Source of the DNA: Candidatus Iainarchaeum sp.
Lineage (GTDB): Archaea; Iainarchaeota; Iainarchaeia; Iainarchaeales; Iainarchaeaceae
DNA: 48,161 bases
Assembly (NCBI GenBank): GCA_043812975.1
Contig: JBDRLP010000041.1
Coordinates: forward strand, 1 to 48,161
Reading direction: 5' to 3'
The notes beneath the pieces are model-generated. The model did no database searches. It had not been told where the DNA came from and worked only from the letters and a program-made list of their open reading frames with translations. Positions 38,004-45,584 of this stretch are shown here, in pieces; position 1 is the stretch's first letter, and the number at the start of each line of letters is the position of its first letter. The translations under genes were made by a program, and so were the position numbers.

Positions 38004-38420
38004 ATGGCGCGAAAAGGGAGACCCGCAAAAAAAGCCGTAGCCAAGGCAAAACTCGGAGCCGGGCAAGCAAAATCATCTTATACTTATTCCGAACCTCAAC
38101 TTTTTGTCATAGAGCGATTCATTAAAGAGCATCCTGAGTTGCCATCGCAACTGGTTCACAGGGGAGAAAGGTCAGCTGTTTACTTTGACAAGGTTGTCAG
38201 GCTGTTCCACGCCCATGTGGCCCTTGAACTCGTTGGGAAATCAGAGTATGCTAGAAGTATATACGAAAAAAATTTGGCTGTTCGTCAAAAAGGTTTTTCC
38301 GAAGAACAATTAACCCTAATGGCATTGCAGCCGATTATGAAAACACAAGAGTTCCAGAGAAAAATCCGCGAAAAACTTGGCAAACTTTCCGAGGATTACA
38401 GGAAAAGAGACAGTCAATAA
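38004..38420 (+). CDS. Hypothetical basic protein
   Basis: MARKGRPAKKAVAK..., 138 aa from ATG 38004. Confidence 0.6.
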   Translation: MARKGRPAKKAVAKAKLGAGQAKSSYTYSEPQLFVIERFIKEHPELPSQLVHRGERSAVYFDKVVRLFHAHVALELVGKSEYARSIYEKNLAVRQKGFSEEQLTLMALQPIMKTQEFQRKIREKLGKLSEDYRKRDSQ

Positions 38421-38456
38421 ATTATTGTTTTCTCTTCCCCGTAGAGACAAACCAAA

Positions 38457-38777
38457 TCACTCCAAATTTTTTAATTTTAAAAAACAATAATCGCAAATAA
38501 ATTTTTCCTTAAAATCTATTCCTGCATCATTTTCTTCATTGCATAAAATGCAATTCCTTGGATTATCAAGAACCCTATGACGGTTTGCCCACTCATACAA
38601 AAGTTCCCAGTTCATCCATTTTGGCAGAACCATTTCTTTCAGAACAGTTTTATCATTCTGCTGAATTCTTTTGAGCTGTGTTGGAAAAATTGATTTTCTC
38701 AGTTTTTCGAAATAATCAACTCTTTCTTTCTGGCCATGTCTGAGAAACTCTACCATTTTCTGTTCCCAAGTATCCAT
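38457..38777 (-). CDS. Hypothetical protein with C-terminal Zn ribbon
   Basis: CILC-x15-CDYC. Confidence 0.7.
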   Translation of the reverse strand: MDTWEQKMVEFLRHGQKERVDYFEKLRKSIFPTQLKRIQQNDKTVLKEMVLPKWMNWELLYEWANRHRVLDNPRNCILCNEENDAGIDFKEKFICDYCFLKLKNLE

Positions 38778-38914
38778 GTAAAAACAACAGTTTTTTGGCT
38801 ATTTATTCTTTCTCATTGCGTAAAAAGCTATAATTTTCACAAATATATGGCTTTTTTGCCTTTTTTTGTATATTGGGATTATATTTAAATTTTGGTTCCA
38901 AGCTTATTAATGAT

Positions 38915-39124
38915 ATGAAAAAAAGAACTTTTACTGTTATAATTGAAAAAGATGAAGATGGTTGGATGGTGGCAGATGTTCCTGAATTACAGGGTTGTCA
39001 CACTCAGGCAAAGACAATGAGTGAGTTGATTAAACGAGTTAAAGAAGCTATTTCTCTTTGTCTAGAAGAAGAAAATGAAGGAGCGAGTAAGAGATTTGTC
39101 GGAGTGCAGGTTGTCGAGGTGTAA
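38915..39124 (+). CDS. hicB: HicB-family antitoxin (short form)
   Basis: FTVIIEKDEDG..VA.VPELQGCHTQAKT..EL..RVKEAISLCLE. Confidence 0.9.
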   Translation: MKKRTFTVIIEKDEDGWMVADVPELQGCHTQAKTMSELIKRVKEAISLCLEEENEGASKRFVGVQVVEV

Positions 39125-39128
39125 ATCC

Positions 39129-39356
39129 TTGGCAAAAAAAGTCACTCCAAGACAATTACTTAAGGTTCTTAAATATCTTGGTTTTCAGGAAATAAGAGTT
39201 GCTGGGAGCCATCATCGATTTTCTCATAATGATGGAAGAAAAACCACTGTTCCTATTCATGGTAATGAACCAATAGGTTCAGGATTGCTTAATAAAATAA
39301 TAAAACAGGATTTAAAAATCACTAAAAAAGAATTTGAGAATCTATTGCAAAATTAA
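39129..39356 (+). CDS. hicA: HicA-family mRNA interferase toxin
   Basis: LGF..IRVAGSHHRF.H.DGRKTTVPIHG; TTG start inferred. Confidence 0.9.
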   Translation: MAKKVTPRQLLKVLKYLGFQEIRVAGSHHRFSHNDGRKTTVPIHGNEPIGSGLLNKIIKQDLKITKKEFENLLQN

Positions 39357-39703
39357 AGATAAACAACTTTCTTCCCTTTTTTGATTTTTTGCCTTTCAGC
39401 ATACTTGATCAAATAGTGAGCTGTTGATTTTGAGATTCCTGTTATTTTTTCAATTTCTCTGAAAGTACGATTATCTTTATTCAGTTCTATTATTTCAGAA
39501 ATAGTCTGTAAATTAAGTTCAATAGGCCTGCCTCTTGCACTTTCAATTACTAATTCAACCCCAGACTCATTAATTTTTTTCTTTGCTTTATTGCTGAGCC
39601 TTTGCTTTGCACTTTTAGTAATGTAAATAGTGCTTGCTCCGTTCTTCAGAACCTGTTCCAGTTCTTTTTCTTTTGGTGCTCTTGTAAAATGTATTTTATC
39701 CAT
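39353..39703 (-). CDS. Putative transcription regulator (DUF1699-like N-domain plus HTH)
   Basis: RGRP motif followed by HTH TFREIEKITGISKSTAHYLI. Confidence 0.7.
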   Translation of the reverse strand: MDKIHFTRAPKEKELEQVLKNGASTIYITKSAKQRLSNKAKKKINESGVELVIESARGRPIELNLQTISEIIELNKDNRTFREIEKITGISKSTAHYLIKYAERQKIKKGKKVVYL

Positions 39704-39765
39704 AACAGAAACCTTCGTTAGCGAGGGTACACCTCATTACATTCGGTAGGAATATCTACTCAATT

Positions 39766-39810
39766 ATGTTACGCGTAACATTTTTAAGTAAATTCAGGAA
39801 GAATTCTTCC
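39766..39810. promoter_or_regulatory. Two perfect palindromes flanking a TATA-like element in a divergent promoter
   Basis: ATGTTACGCGTAACAT (39766-39781), TTTTAAGTAAA, GGAAGAATTCTTCC (39797-39810). Confidence 0.6.
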
Positions 39811-39829
39811 AGTATTATAGGTGTTCTTT

Positions 39830-41026
39830 ATGGATTATAAATTTGATTCTATTTTGGATTCTCTTGAATCCTTGAAAAATGGCGAGCTAATTGTTCTTGT
39901 GGATGATGAGAACCGTGAGAATGAAGGTGATCTTGTATTATCTGCTGAAAAAGCAACTGTAGAGAAGCTAAATTTTATGGCAAAAGATGCCAGAGGTCTC
40001 ATTTGCGTACCTATTACTACTGAAAAGGCTTCTCAATTGGATTTACCAAGAATGACTCAAAACAGGGATAGGTTTGATACTCCTTTTACTGTTTCAGTTG
40101 ATGCAGCTTCAGGAGGAACAGGAATAAGCATCAAAGACAGACTTCTTACAATTGAAACTATTCTTTCAAAAGAATCAAAACCTGAAAAACTTTGCAGGCC
40201 GGGGCACGTATTTCCATTAGTGGCTAAAGAAGGAGGCGTCCTTCAAAGACTAGGCCATACTGAAGGGGCTGTTGATTTAATGAAGCTTGCTGGTCTTGAG
40301 CCTACTGCTGTTATTTGTGAAATCCTGAATGATGATGGTTCTATGGCAAGGCTTCCTGATTTAATGGACTTTGCAAAAAAGCACGATTTGAAAATTGTTA
40401 CAATAAAAGATCTGATTCAGCACAAACTGAAAGATGGTTTGCAGGTAAATAAAGTTGCTAATGTAAATCTTCCAACTGAGTTTGGAGATTTCAAAGCAGT
40501 TGGTTATTCTGATGTTATTGAAGGAAGAGAATACATTGCTTTATTGAAGGGAAATGTTTCCGGAAAACAAAATGTTCTTGTGAGGGTTCATTCCGCATGT
40601 TTAACTGGAGATGTTTTTCACAGCAAAAAGTGTGATTGTAATTCTCAATTAGAAACTGCTTTGAAAATGATTGAAAAAGAAGAACAAGGGGTTGTTCTTT
40701 ACATTCCTCATCATGAAGGAAGAGGGATTGGTTTGTTAAACAAATTAAAAGCTTATGAATTGCAGGAACAGGGAAAAGATACTGTGGAAGCAAACTTTGC
40801 CCTTGGTTTTCCAATGGATAAAAGAGATTTTGGAATGGGTGCACAAATTCTGGTTGATTTAGGTTTAACGACAATAAGATTAATGACAAATAATCCGAAA
40901 AAACTTAAAGGATTGCAGGGTTTTGGTTTAGATATTGTTGAACAGATTCCGATTAAAACTGATTCTAATGAGTATAATGGAAAATACCTTGAAACAAAAA
41001 AGCTTAAATTAGGCCATTCCCTTTAG
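39830..41026 (+). CDS. ribBA: Bifunctional DHBP synthase / GTP cyclohydrolase II
   Basis: DDENRENEGDL, RPGHVFPL, GHTEG, VRVHSACLTGDVFHSKKCDC, EGRGIGL, LMTNNP. Confidence 0.96.
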   Translation: MDYKFDSILDSLESLKNGELIVLVDDENRENEGDLVLSAEKATVEKLNFMAKDARGLICVPITTEKASQLDLPRMTQNRDRFDTPFTVSVDAASGGTGISIKDRLLTIETILSKESKPEKLCRPGHVFPLVAKEGGVLQRLGHTEGAVDLMKLAGLEPTAVICEILNDDGSMARLPDLMDFAKKHDLKIVTIKDLIQHKLKDGLQVNKVANVNLPTEFGDFKAVGYSDVIEGREYIALLKGNVSGKQNVLVRVHSACLTGDVFHSKKCDCNSQLETALKMIEKEEQGVVLYIPHHEGRGIGLLNKLKAYELQEQGKDTVEANFALGFPMDKRDFGMGAQILVDLGLTTIRLMTNNPKKLKGLQGFGLDIVEQIPIKTDSNEYNGKYLETKKLKLGHSL

Positions 41027-41032
41027 GATTAA

Positions 41033-41938
41033 ATGGAATCAAAAATAGCTGTTCTGGGTTTAATTGTTGCTTCTTTAATTTGGGCAATAACCGGGGTTTC
41101 ATTCAAAATTCTTCTTTCTGAGGGGTTATCTTTTGCGCTTATTCTTTGGGTTATAGTTATTTTTAGATTTATTAGTGTTGCCCTGATTTCTAAATATAAG
41201 AATTTTAAACATGAGTGGGTTAAGGATACTAAAGAACTGAAAATTATTTTACTGAATGCTTTGTTTGCATTAGGTACTCCTGTATTATTTGTTCTTGCTT
41301 TGGAACAACTTAATCTTTCCACTGTTTATTTTATTGTTTTCACAGCTCCTGCATGGGTGTTGGTTTTTGCAGTGTTTTTCCTTGGTGAGAAACTTCGTTT
41401 GAAAAAAATTATTGGTTTGCTGTTGACTTTGCTGGGGGTTTATTTTATTGTAAATCCTGAAAATATCGGGGTTAATGTTGGTTTCTTTTTTGCTTTGTTG
41501 GCTGCATTATCTTTTTCAGGAGACATAATAACCGGAAGGGAATTGAAGGATTATCATTTTCATACCGTGGCCCTTTATGCAAACGGTTTTCAGGTAATTG
41601 TTCTTACTATTGTCACTTTTTTGTTTTTTGAATTCCCTTCATTTAATCATCCTTTTTTGTTTCTTAGTGGTTTGATTTTGCTTGGTCTTTTCAGAGGATT
41701 GGCTTCTGATTTTTATTATTATGCGTTGGAAAAACTGGAAGCATCAACTGCATCAATTATTACTCTGGCTGAATTGATTTTTGCATCATTATTAGCATTC
41801 TTGATTTTGAATGAAATCCCGACCCAAACAGAAGTAATCGGTTATGGATTTATTCTTGTTTCCGGATTGTTGTTAATCCTTAGAAGATCAGACATTGAAC
41901 ACTTTGAATATTTAATTCATTTGAGAAGAAAACATTAG
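41033..41938 (+). CDS. EamA/DMT-family transporter
   Basis: About 10 TM helices in two repeats; LIWA, FTAP, FLGEK, LNE motifs. Confidence 0.9.
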   Translation: MESKIAVLGLIVASLIWAITGVSFKILLSEGLSFALILWVIVIFRFISVALISKYKNFKHEWVKDTKELKIILLNALFALGTPVLFVLALEQLNLSTVYFIVFTAPAWVLVFAVFFLGEKLRLKKIIGLLLTLLGVYFIVNPENIGVNVGFFFALLAALSFSGDIITGRELKDYHFHTVALYANGFQVIVLTIVTFLFFEFPSFNHPFLFLSGLILLGLFRGLASDFYYYALEKLEASTASIITLAELIFASLLAFLILNEIPTQTEVIGYGFILVSGLLLILRRSDIEHFEYLIHLRRKH

Positions 41939-41984
41939 TTTCTGCCATGCCAGAGTAATTCAATACTTTTTTATAGCATAAAAG

Positions 41985-41996
41985 CAGTATATACTG
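41985..41996. promoter_or_regulatory. Palindromic operator candidate between the TATA element and the wHTH start
   Basis: CAGTATATACTG, perfect 12-bp palindrome just upstream of ATG 42001. Confidence 0.45.
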
Positions 41997-42000
41997 TTTA

Positions 42001-42300
42001 ATGAATAGTAATTCTGGCAACCCAGATTTAAGTGATAAGGAACAAATGGTTCTTGAATTGGTTAGAGAGCACTGGCCTGTTTCTGCTTTGGAAATTGCTG
42101 AACACTTTAATGAAGATATTTCTTCCCGTGAACACAAAAAAAGACATTCAACAAATTATTCTTATTACTTAAAAAAATTAATAAGCAAACGATTAGTTCT
42201 TTCAAAAAGAATAGGAAACGCTCTTATAGTCTGGCCATTAGAAGTTGAGGCTTACAGAGCAATCCATTCAATAATCAACAGTGGTAGAAATGCTGAATAG
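42001..42300 (+). CDS. Winged-helix DNA-binding protein
   Basis: VLELVREHWPVSALEIAEH...YYLKKL....LVLSKRIG. Confidence 0.75.
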   Translation: MNSNSGNPDLSDKEQMVLELVREHWPVSALEIAEHFNEDISSREHKKRHSTNYSYYLKKLISKRLVLSKRIGNALIVWPLEVEAYRAIHSIINSGRNAE

Positions 42301-42303
42301 AAT

Positions 42304-42470
42304 AAGAGGTGATTTTTTTGCTTAATTCTTTTTACGATAAATTCATTTTCACCCACCGTTGCGTCGGTGGGGTGCGCGTACTGTCTTCGCTTGTGCTCGA
42401 CAGGACTTACTTGCTTTGCTCAAGAGGTGTTCCTTTTGCTTAACAGTTTTTACGATAAGTTCATTTTCAC
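42304..42470 (+). repeat. 49-bp imperfect direct repeat (SD plus first 12 codons of the V4R gene) around a hairpin-rich spacer
   Basis: 42304-42352 versus 42422-42470; both encode MLNSFYDKFIFT from TTG. Confidence 0.85.
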
Positions 42471-42996
42471 TAATGGTTTGAAGTACAAGCACAATAATTT
42501 TTATCTGATTAATCTTCCGTTTGTTATTCTTCCTGTTGATGTATTAATTGGAATTGCTGAAGTGAATGATTCTAAATTAAATAAGGAAATTTATTATGCT
42601 ATAAAAAATTCGATTAAAGGTTCTTTGAATAAAGAGTTCCAAATAGATTTTGGTATTTCAGGGGATAAAGGTCTGGAGTTTATGGAAACTTATTTCACTG
42701 CTTCCGGTTGGGGAAAGTTACAGAGAACAAATCTTGACTTTGAAAAAAACAGAGCCTTAATTTCTGTTGAGAATTCTCCTGTTGCAATTAATTCCACAAA
42801 AGCAAAGTTGCATGCAGATTCTTTCATAAGAGGGTTCCTCGCAGGAATATTTTCTATTTACTTCAAAAAAGACGTTGAATGCGTAGAAGTCAAATGCAAA
42901 GCCCTTGGCGAAACCCATTGTGATTTCATAGTAAAACCAATAGAGGAATTCAACTTCGAAAAGAAACTGGTAAGGGAACAGTTGAAAGTTGAGTAG
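42436..42996 (+). CDS. V4R (4-vinyl reductase) domain protein
   Basis: SGWG, ENSP, RGFLAGIFS, CVEVKCKALG..HCDF; GAGGTG SD before TTG 42436. Confidence 0.88.
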   Translation: MLNSFYDKFIFTNGLKYKHNNFYLINLPFVILPVDVLIGIAEVNDSKLNKEIYYAIKNSIKGSLNKEFQIDFGISGDKGLEFMETYFTASGWGKLQRTNLDFEKNRALISVENSPVAINSTKAKLHADSFIRGFLAGIFSIYFKKDVECVEVKCKALGETHCDFIVKPIEEFNFEKKLVREQLKVE

Positions 42997-43008
42997 GATT
43001 ATTTATAG

Positions 43009-43377
43009 TTAGAGTAGCGGTTCTATTATTTCTCTTATTTTTTGTGCGCGTTTCCTTATTTTTTCCGTGGCATTAAATGAAAGCCCTATTCCATAGTCAG
43101 CCTGGCTTTTGAAAGGCATGATTGTTTTGTATGCCTGTTTATATTCCGGGAAATCCGTTCCAATATATTTTGACAGTTCATTAAAGTAAGACGTATCTAA
43201 GTGGTGTTTGTGTGAAGGTATTTTTTCAAGAAACTTCTGGCAGGCTGCGTTATGATAGTTTATTACAGAATTTATGTAAAGGTGTGCTGCAGTATGGTCC
43301 TTACCTTCATCAAAAAGATTTTCTGCAGAATCAAATCTTTCGTTTGCCAAATCCAGATGTTGTTTGTATGTGCTCAA
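43009..43377 (-). CDS. HEPN-domain protein (putative toxin)
   Basis: All-helical ~120 aa with A.E.F..A..LF..G and KSQADY; directly downstream of MNT. Confidence 0.75.
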   Translation of the reverse strand: MSTYKQHLDLANERFDSAENLFDEGKDHTAAHLYINSVINYHNAACQKFLEKIPSHKHHLDTSYFNELSKYIGTDFPEYKQAYKTIMPFKSQADYGIGLSFNATEKIRKRAQKIREIIEPLL

Positions 43378-43963
43378 GCCACTTTTCTCCCTTTATTATT
43401 TTTCCATCGGTAAGAACATTTTTTATGAATTCATCTCTTTCTTTTATACGTGAAATCAGATCCTTTGGAGTAATAAATACAGGTGAATATGTTACTCCTG
43501 TTTCGTGTGAAATTTTTACAAGTTCTTCCATTGCGTTTTCTGTGGTGTTGTGTTTATCATTTTCCAGCACAATTACCAAATCCATGTCTGATTTGCTTTT
43601 TGAGTCATTTCTGGCACGGGATCCGAAAACAATGACTGCCATTACTTCTTTTGCGGTTAATGCTTTTATTTTTCTTACTTTTTTTATGAGTTCTTGCTGG
43701 CGTCCGGCTGCCTTTGTGAACATTTGTTCTATTTCAGGAAGCAGGTAAAAACGCCTATTCATTGAAACCATTTTGTTCCTGCCTATTTGCCTGCAGGAAA
43801 CAAGATTTTCATCTTCCCAATCAAGAATTAGTCCAGAAACAGTCGCCTTTGGGAGACTGCAGAGCCTGGATATGTCTGAAATGGAGAACGATGCGTCCCT
43901 TGCAATGAGTTCCTTTAGAACTATAATCTTTGATTTTGAATCCATTATCTGCATAATTGTCAT
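43331..43963 (-). CDS. wHTH-fused minimal nucleotidyltransferase (MNT antitoxin)
   Basis: FSISDISRLCSLPKATVS HTH; VFGSRAR.D....SDMDL; start codon uncertain (43945-43972). Confidence 0.88.
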   Translation of the reverse strand: MTIMQIMDSKSKIIVLKELIARDASFSISDISRLCSLPKATVSGLILDWEDENLVSCRQIGRNKMVSMNRRFYLLPEIEQMFTKAAGRQQELIKKVRKIKALTAKEVMAVIVFGSRARNDSKSKSDMDLVIVLENDKHNTTENAMEELVKISHETGVTYSPVFITPKDLISRIKERDEFIKNVLTDGKIIKGEKWLEHIQTTSGFGKRKI

Positions 43964-43973
43964 ACAAACCAAT

Positions 43974-44010
43974 TGTTCACAATACTGAACATATGTTCAT
44001 AGTTTCGAAC
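43974..44010. promoter_or_regulatory. Array of alternating TGTTCA/TGAACA half-sites, likely auto-repression operator
   Basis: TGTTCA-N6-TGAACA, perfect palindrome TGAACATATGTTCA (43986-43999), and a further GAAC; lies downstream of the minus-strand TTTAAAAA. Confidence 0.6.
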
Positions 44011-44133
44011 GTTTTTAAAGGTTATGTTTTGTCTTTTGGTTTTCTTGTCTAATAGGTTTTATGTGTGCTGCTGAAAAGTTGGTGTTTGTTGTGGTTAAAA
44101 ACAAAAGGAAGGGGTGTATTGCCGGTGCGGGTT

Positions 44134-44262
44134 TCAGTCCACGGCTGTCAGAAAATTGTAGAAGAAAATCATCATCCCTGTGAAAGCGTATAAGTAAAAA
44201 ATGAGGAGAATGATTCCTATAAGTACAGTTGCGCCCAGCAATATTTTGAAAATTAGCCTCAT
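44134..44262 (-). CDS. Small hydrophobic membrane peptide (42 aa); not in the ORF track
   Basis: MRLIFKILLGATVLIGIILLIFYLYAFTGMMIFFYNFLTAVD; ATGA overlap with the upstream stop codon. Confidence 0.55.
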   Translation of the reverse strand: MRLIFKILLGATVLIGIILLIFYLYAFTGMMIFFYNFLTAVD

Positions 44263-44933
44263 AAGTATCTTTCCAGTGTTTCTAGGCAGTTTTCTATTGC
44301 GGTTTTTTTGAATTCCTTTAAGTGTGTGCTTAAATTAGTGTTTTTGTCAGTCAGTTGTTTTATCAGTGATTCCTCAATGCGGCTTGGAGAAAAGCTTAAC
44401 GTGTCAATTCCGGGTTCTCTTAGATAAAGTGCGGCTCCTGCCTTGTAAAGTTGAATGTCGTTTTGGCTGTATCCTAGTTGTTGTAAAATGTTTGTGTCAT
44501 TGGCTCTTAGAATATTTCCGGCGCATTGAAATTGGAAGAACCAGTCTGCTTCACCTTGAAAATAATCGTCCACTACCAAATATAATGCGAGTTTTTCAAC
44601 AGTGTTGTTTGGATTGACCTTGTAATTTTCATAAATGCTTTTCTCCATTGATTGGTTGTCATTTGCCCAGACTGAATCTACTATTAAGTGGGTTTCAAAC
44701 CCTGCGATAAATGGCATTGATGTGCTGCTTGTTTTTAGTGCTTCAAAAATTGATTGTTCTCCTTTGGGTTTGTGCGTTTTTTCTCGGGGTGTATTGTGGA
44801 TGTACCTAATATCCGGGGCTATTGCGCCGAAAAAATAATCATCAATGTTTTCGTGTTTTGAAATAAAATTTATTTTTGAGAGTTTTTTCATGACAAGGTT
44901 TGCAATCCACTCATGGGTTAAAAGTCCGGCCAT
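44259..44933 (-). CDS. Zinc-dependent phospholipase C-like metallohydrolase
   Basis: N-terminal LTH..IA, FFGAIAPDI, TH, GFETHLIVD metal-ligand pattern. Confidence 0.7.
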   Translation of the reverse strand: MAGLLTHEWIANLVMKKLSKINFISKHENIDDYFFGAIAPDIRYIHNTPREKTHKPKGEQSIFEALKTSSTSMPFIAGFETHLIVDSVWANDNQSMEKSIYENYKVNPNNTVEKLALYLVVDDYFQGEADWFFQFQCAGNILRANDTNILQQLGYSQNDIQLYKAGAALYLREPGIDTLSFSPSRIEESLIKQLTDKNTNLSTHLKEFKKTAIENCLETLERYL

Positions 44934-45028
44934 ATTCAGAACACCTATTTAATCATTGTGCTATTTTGAAGTTATAAATTGTTTTGGTGCAATCTGCTGA
45001 ACGATTAGTTGAATGATTATTAGTTCTT

Positions 45029-45196
45029 TCACTTGTTAATCAGTTTGTTCTGCTGTTTACTCCACTTTTTGTTGGGTGTTTTTTTGAGCCACTTGGCATA
45101 CATGTCCACGAATTTGAGGCGTTCTTCACGGTTACGCTTTTTTTCTTCTTCCATTTCTTCAAAGTCTTTTTTTGTTAGTTGCGGTATTTTTTCCAT
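45029..45196 (-). CDS. Small hypothetical protein (55 aa); not in the ORF track
   Basis: MEKIPQLTKKDFEEMEEEKKRNREERLKFVDMYAKWLKKTPNKKWSKQQNKLINK; GGAGA SD-like sequence upstream. Confidence 0.65.
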   Translation of the reverse strand: MEKIPQLTKKDFEEMEEEKKRNREERLKFVDMYAKWLKKTPNKKWSKQQNKLINK

Positions 45197-45469
45197 AGAA
45201 TATTCTCCGCTTGTTTTTCAACTTTTAGTTCTCTTATATGTTTTGTGAGCAAACTTGTATTTAACTTTTCTTCAAATGTTTGGTAAATGTGCCGTGCGTC
45301 CTCAAAATCCTTGTCCGAGCCAAGGTAGAGTTTCAAAATGTTGTGTTTTGGTTGTGAAAAAATCTGTTGTTTGATAAATCAAATTCAGAGAAAAATACAG
45401 TATAGTGCTTAAAGTAGTGGTGCCGTTTTTGTATCAATTAAGAATTGTAGTCTTGCTACGATTTCGAAA

Positions 45470-45500
45470 AATCAACCATTTGGTTGATTGTCAATCAACC
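45470..45500. promoter_or_regulatory. Three alternating AATCAACC half-sites directly upstream of a TATA-like box
   Basis: AATCAACCA-TT-TGGTTGATT and GGTTGATTG-T-CAATCAACC, then TATATTAATA. Confidence 0.65.
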
Positions 45501-45584
45501 GCAGGTATATTAATACTCAAGATAAGGTTCTATCCGCGAGCAAGTCTGTTTCTAATGACGAATCCGTATTTGTAGGTTTTTGTT

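Noticed and set aside
39704..39829. FMN riboswitch upstream of ribBA
   Set aside because: The RFN consensus is absent and the region is short; only palindromes and weak hairpins are present
42367..42435. N-terminal extension MGCAYCLRLC of the V4R ORF
   Set aside because: It is read-through of the hairpin insert; the SD-supported start is TTG 42436
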